This document shows, one piece after another, positions 61,836-64,000 of a stretch of DNA of 64,000 nucleotides. Position 1 is the first letter of the stretch, and each line of letters starts with the position of its first letter. A program made the translations under genes and the position numbers. The notes below the pieces were generated by a model. It was not told the DNA's origin, made no database searches, and saw only the letters and a list, made by a program, of their open reading frames with translations. Source of the DNA: an uncultured virus (IMG/VR IMGVR_UViG_3300042377_000720) (Duplodnaviria; Heunggongvirae; Uroviricota; Caudoviricetes); IMG/VR virus record IMGVR_UViG_3300042377_000720. The stretch is one strand, 5' to 3'.

Positions 61836-64000
61836 ATGAGTTTTCTAAGTAAAAATAATTCGGAGTTCCTATCAGCAAGAATAACCCAAAAGGGAAGAAA
61901 TTCTATTGCCAAAGGAAATTTTGTAATATCATATTTCCAAATTGGGGATTCTGAGTTTGATTACACAAATCCATTCACAGGATTAACGGGTTTAGGTGGT
62001 GTTCAACACCAATCAGTATTCTCACCATTTGATAAAGAAGGTGGGGTAAAATACCCATATAAAATAGATTCATCTGATACCTCAACAACGTATGGTATTC
62101 CTATTGATATGTCAGTAACTGACATTTTAAGAAATGTAATGGGACCTGCGGGATTCGTTAGTAATTACGAAGAATATGATAGTGTTGCATGTACAGGAAC
62201 AACAATCCAATGTACAACACAATCAATCCCATTATCGGGAATTACAGGAACAACAAGTATAATTGTACCAACAGGTTCAAGTTTTAGTGACTGTGAATAT
62301 ATTACGGTGGTTTTCAATCAGTTCGGAGGTACCGACCCTAACTATCCTGTTATCACAGGACAAGCGTCAAGTTTAATTTATCAAGTAATCAGTGTAAGTG
62401 GAAACACAATCACGGTGGATAGAAATTTACCTAACTTCTCAGGATGTTCGGGTAATGTTCAGGTTATTTGTAATTCGTGTGAAAATGAATATCCTATAGA
62501 TGCGGGAATTAGTCCGTATTGTAGTCCAAATGATATCGACCCATCACAACAATTAAATTCGTGGACAATGAATATTGTATGGGATAAAAAACCAACCGGA
62601 TTTGATGTTAATGGTTTAGATGAAAATCTAACTGGTTTCACAAGTAACAAACACGTATCAACAAAACAATTTTTAGGTTATACCACAACAAGTGGTCAAA
62701 CATGGGTAAACAGTACAGGTGGAACAATTACGGGTGTTACATCTTATTACAATTCATTTGACGAGAAAATTATTGTTTCTCCCGAAGAACAAAGAACAAT
62801 TGCGATTATTCATTATTCAGAATTGGGAGATTTAGTTAATGACCCTGAAAGATTTTATAAGTACGATGATTACATCTCAACAAATAATGTTGAAGGTGAT
62901 GCGTTATTGGAAGATGCCGATGAGAACACAATTACCGATTTAGAATATTTTGAGGTTTATATTCCGTTTGTTCAATATCACAGAAATACTGGAACCACAG
63001 TTGGTGCGTTATTTACAATGGATACTACCGATTACTATATGAAATCAAGTATTAACCCAACTCAATTATTATTGTTCAGATATTTGTTAGATGAACAAGG
63101 TTATAAAGTTGGTAAGATTTACGTTAACAACAAAACAATTGTTTTTGACGACCAAGAACTTATTGCGGTACTTGACTATAAATCAAATAGAAAATACACA
63201 TTACCAGCACCTAAAATTAGTTTAATTCCGAGTGACACATCTACAGGAGAATCATTCTTCACAGGTTCAACAACAGGACAAACTATTTGGGTAACATACA
63301 TGTTCAATTACACAGGTGACACACAATTAAATGGATTACCATGTAATTATTATTCTAAAATTGAAGTATTTGATGGTGACGAATGTTTAAAAAACCCATC
63401 TCAATTATTTGTTAAATTTGGAGAAGATAGTTTCCCATTCATGAATAACACAAACGTGTGTTCAGGAGCGTCATCAGGATTCATCGCAAACCAATTCCAA
63501 ATTTTGGTACAAGTTACTGATACAGGTGAACTACCGATTCATGATAACTGGACAAGAATCAATTACACATCACACATTTCGGGACATACGGTTGGACAAT
63601 TAATTGACCCATTAGATATCACTAATGTTTCAATGAAAGTTACAAACGCAATGTATACAAGTGGTACATTATATGATATTGAAAGTTATTTAGGTTTAGT
63701 TCCCAATGAATCTGATTCATTAACCGAACCTGGATTACCACAATTTGGTGATGAACAACCATTTCCGGGAAGTATTAGATTGGTTAGAGCAACTGACATA
63801 GAAAGAATGACATTTATGGTAAACTTACCATCATCTCAGTTCACAACAACACAAAATCCTACTTACCCATCAGGTGCGGATAAAAGAATTACTGAAGTTG
63901 CCTTATTGAACAGTAATAAGGAAGTTATGGTGATTGCTAAAACCGCAAAACCAATTAAAAGAATTGGCACACAAGTGTTTGGAGTAAGATTAGACTTCTA
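61836..64000 (+). CDS. tail-collar/fibre-attachment-like structural protein (about 721 aa, stop cut by window edge)
   Basis: MSFL...ITQKGR...ISYFQIGDSE N-terminus; ITEVALLNSNKEVMVIAK..KPI..RLDF C-terminus; ends TTC TA. Missing from the ORF track. Confidence 0.7.
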   Translation, partial: MSFLSKNNSEFLSARITQKGRNSIAKGNFVISYFQIGDSEFDYTNPFTGLTGLGGVQHQSVFSPFDKEGGVKYPYKIDSSDTSTTYGIPIDMSVTDILRNVMGPAGFVSNYEEYDSVACTGTTIQCTTQSIPLSGITGTTSIIVPTGSSFSDCEYITVVFNQFGGTDPNYPVITGQASSLIYQVISVSGNTITVDRNLPNFSGCSGNVQVICNSCENEYPIDAGISPYCSPNDIDPSQQLNSWTMNIVWDKKPTGFDVNGLDENLTGFTSNKHVSTKQFLGYTTTSGQTWVNSTGGTITGVTSYYNSFDEKIIVSPEEQRTIAIIHYSELGDLVNDPERFYKYDDYISTNNVEGDALLEDADENTITDLEYFEVYIPFVQYHRNTGTTVGALFTMDTTDYYMKSSINPTQLLLFRYLLDEQGYKVGKIYVNNKTIVFDDQELIAVLDYKSNRKYTLPAPKISLIPSDTSTGESFFTGSTTGQTIWVTYMFNYTGDTQLNGLPCNYYSKIEVFDGDECLKNPSQLFVKFGEDSFPFMNNTNVCSGASSGFIANQFQILVQVTDTGELPIHDNWTRINYTSHISGHTVGQLIDPLDITNVSMKVTNAMYTSGTLYDIESYLGLVPNESDSLTEPGLPQFGDEQPFPGSIRLVRATDIERMTFMVNLPSSQFTTTQNPTYPSGADKRITEVALLNSNKEVMVIAKTAKPIKRIGTQVFGVRLDF

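Noticed and set aside
1..64000. Active stop-codon reassignment
   Set aside because: The standard code gives full-length genes and near-complete coding density, with no fragmentation by TAG or TGA.

Overview
A 64-kb, AT-rich, gene-dense segment of a large T4-like (contractile-tailed) jumbo phage genome. The host is most likely Bacteroidota, inferred from TAnnTTTG promoters, the lack of obvious Shine-Dalgarno sites and a eukaryote/Bacteroidota-type class Ia RNR. In order it holds: a family B DNA polymerase; neck and tail-completion genes; a PD-(D/E)xK-like nuclease; an SNF2 helicase; tail sheath, tube, frameshifted chaperone, tape measure and baseplate hub genes; a replication and nucleotide cassette (SSB, RecA/UvsX, 5'-3' exonuclease, DnaB-like helicase, NrdB, NrdA); baseplate wedge genes; and a cluster of fibre-like proteins with long Thr/Pro mucin-like tracts and shuffled Cys-rich modules. 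Leading observations: (1) a [S/T]-G-x-T motif heavily enriched in putatively surface-exposed virion proteins and nearly absent from enzymes and buried tail parts, which looks like a virion-wide modification sequon; (2) mucin-like, Cys-rich fibres; (3) a compact pseudoknotted RNA after nrdA; (4) a parS-like site beside CTAG palindromes between sheath and tube; (5) a +1/-2 frameshift in the tail chaperone; (6) a TATTTAT(A) late motif; (7) an unannotated ribbon-helix-helix gene. All calls come from reading motifs by eye, and counts are manual. No database searches were run.
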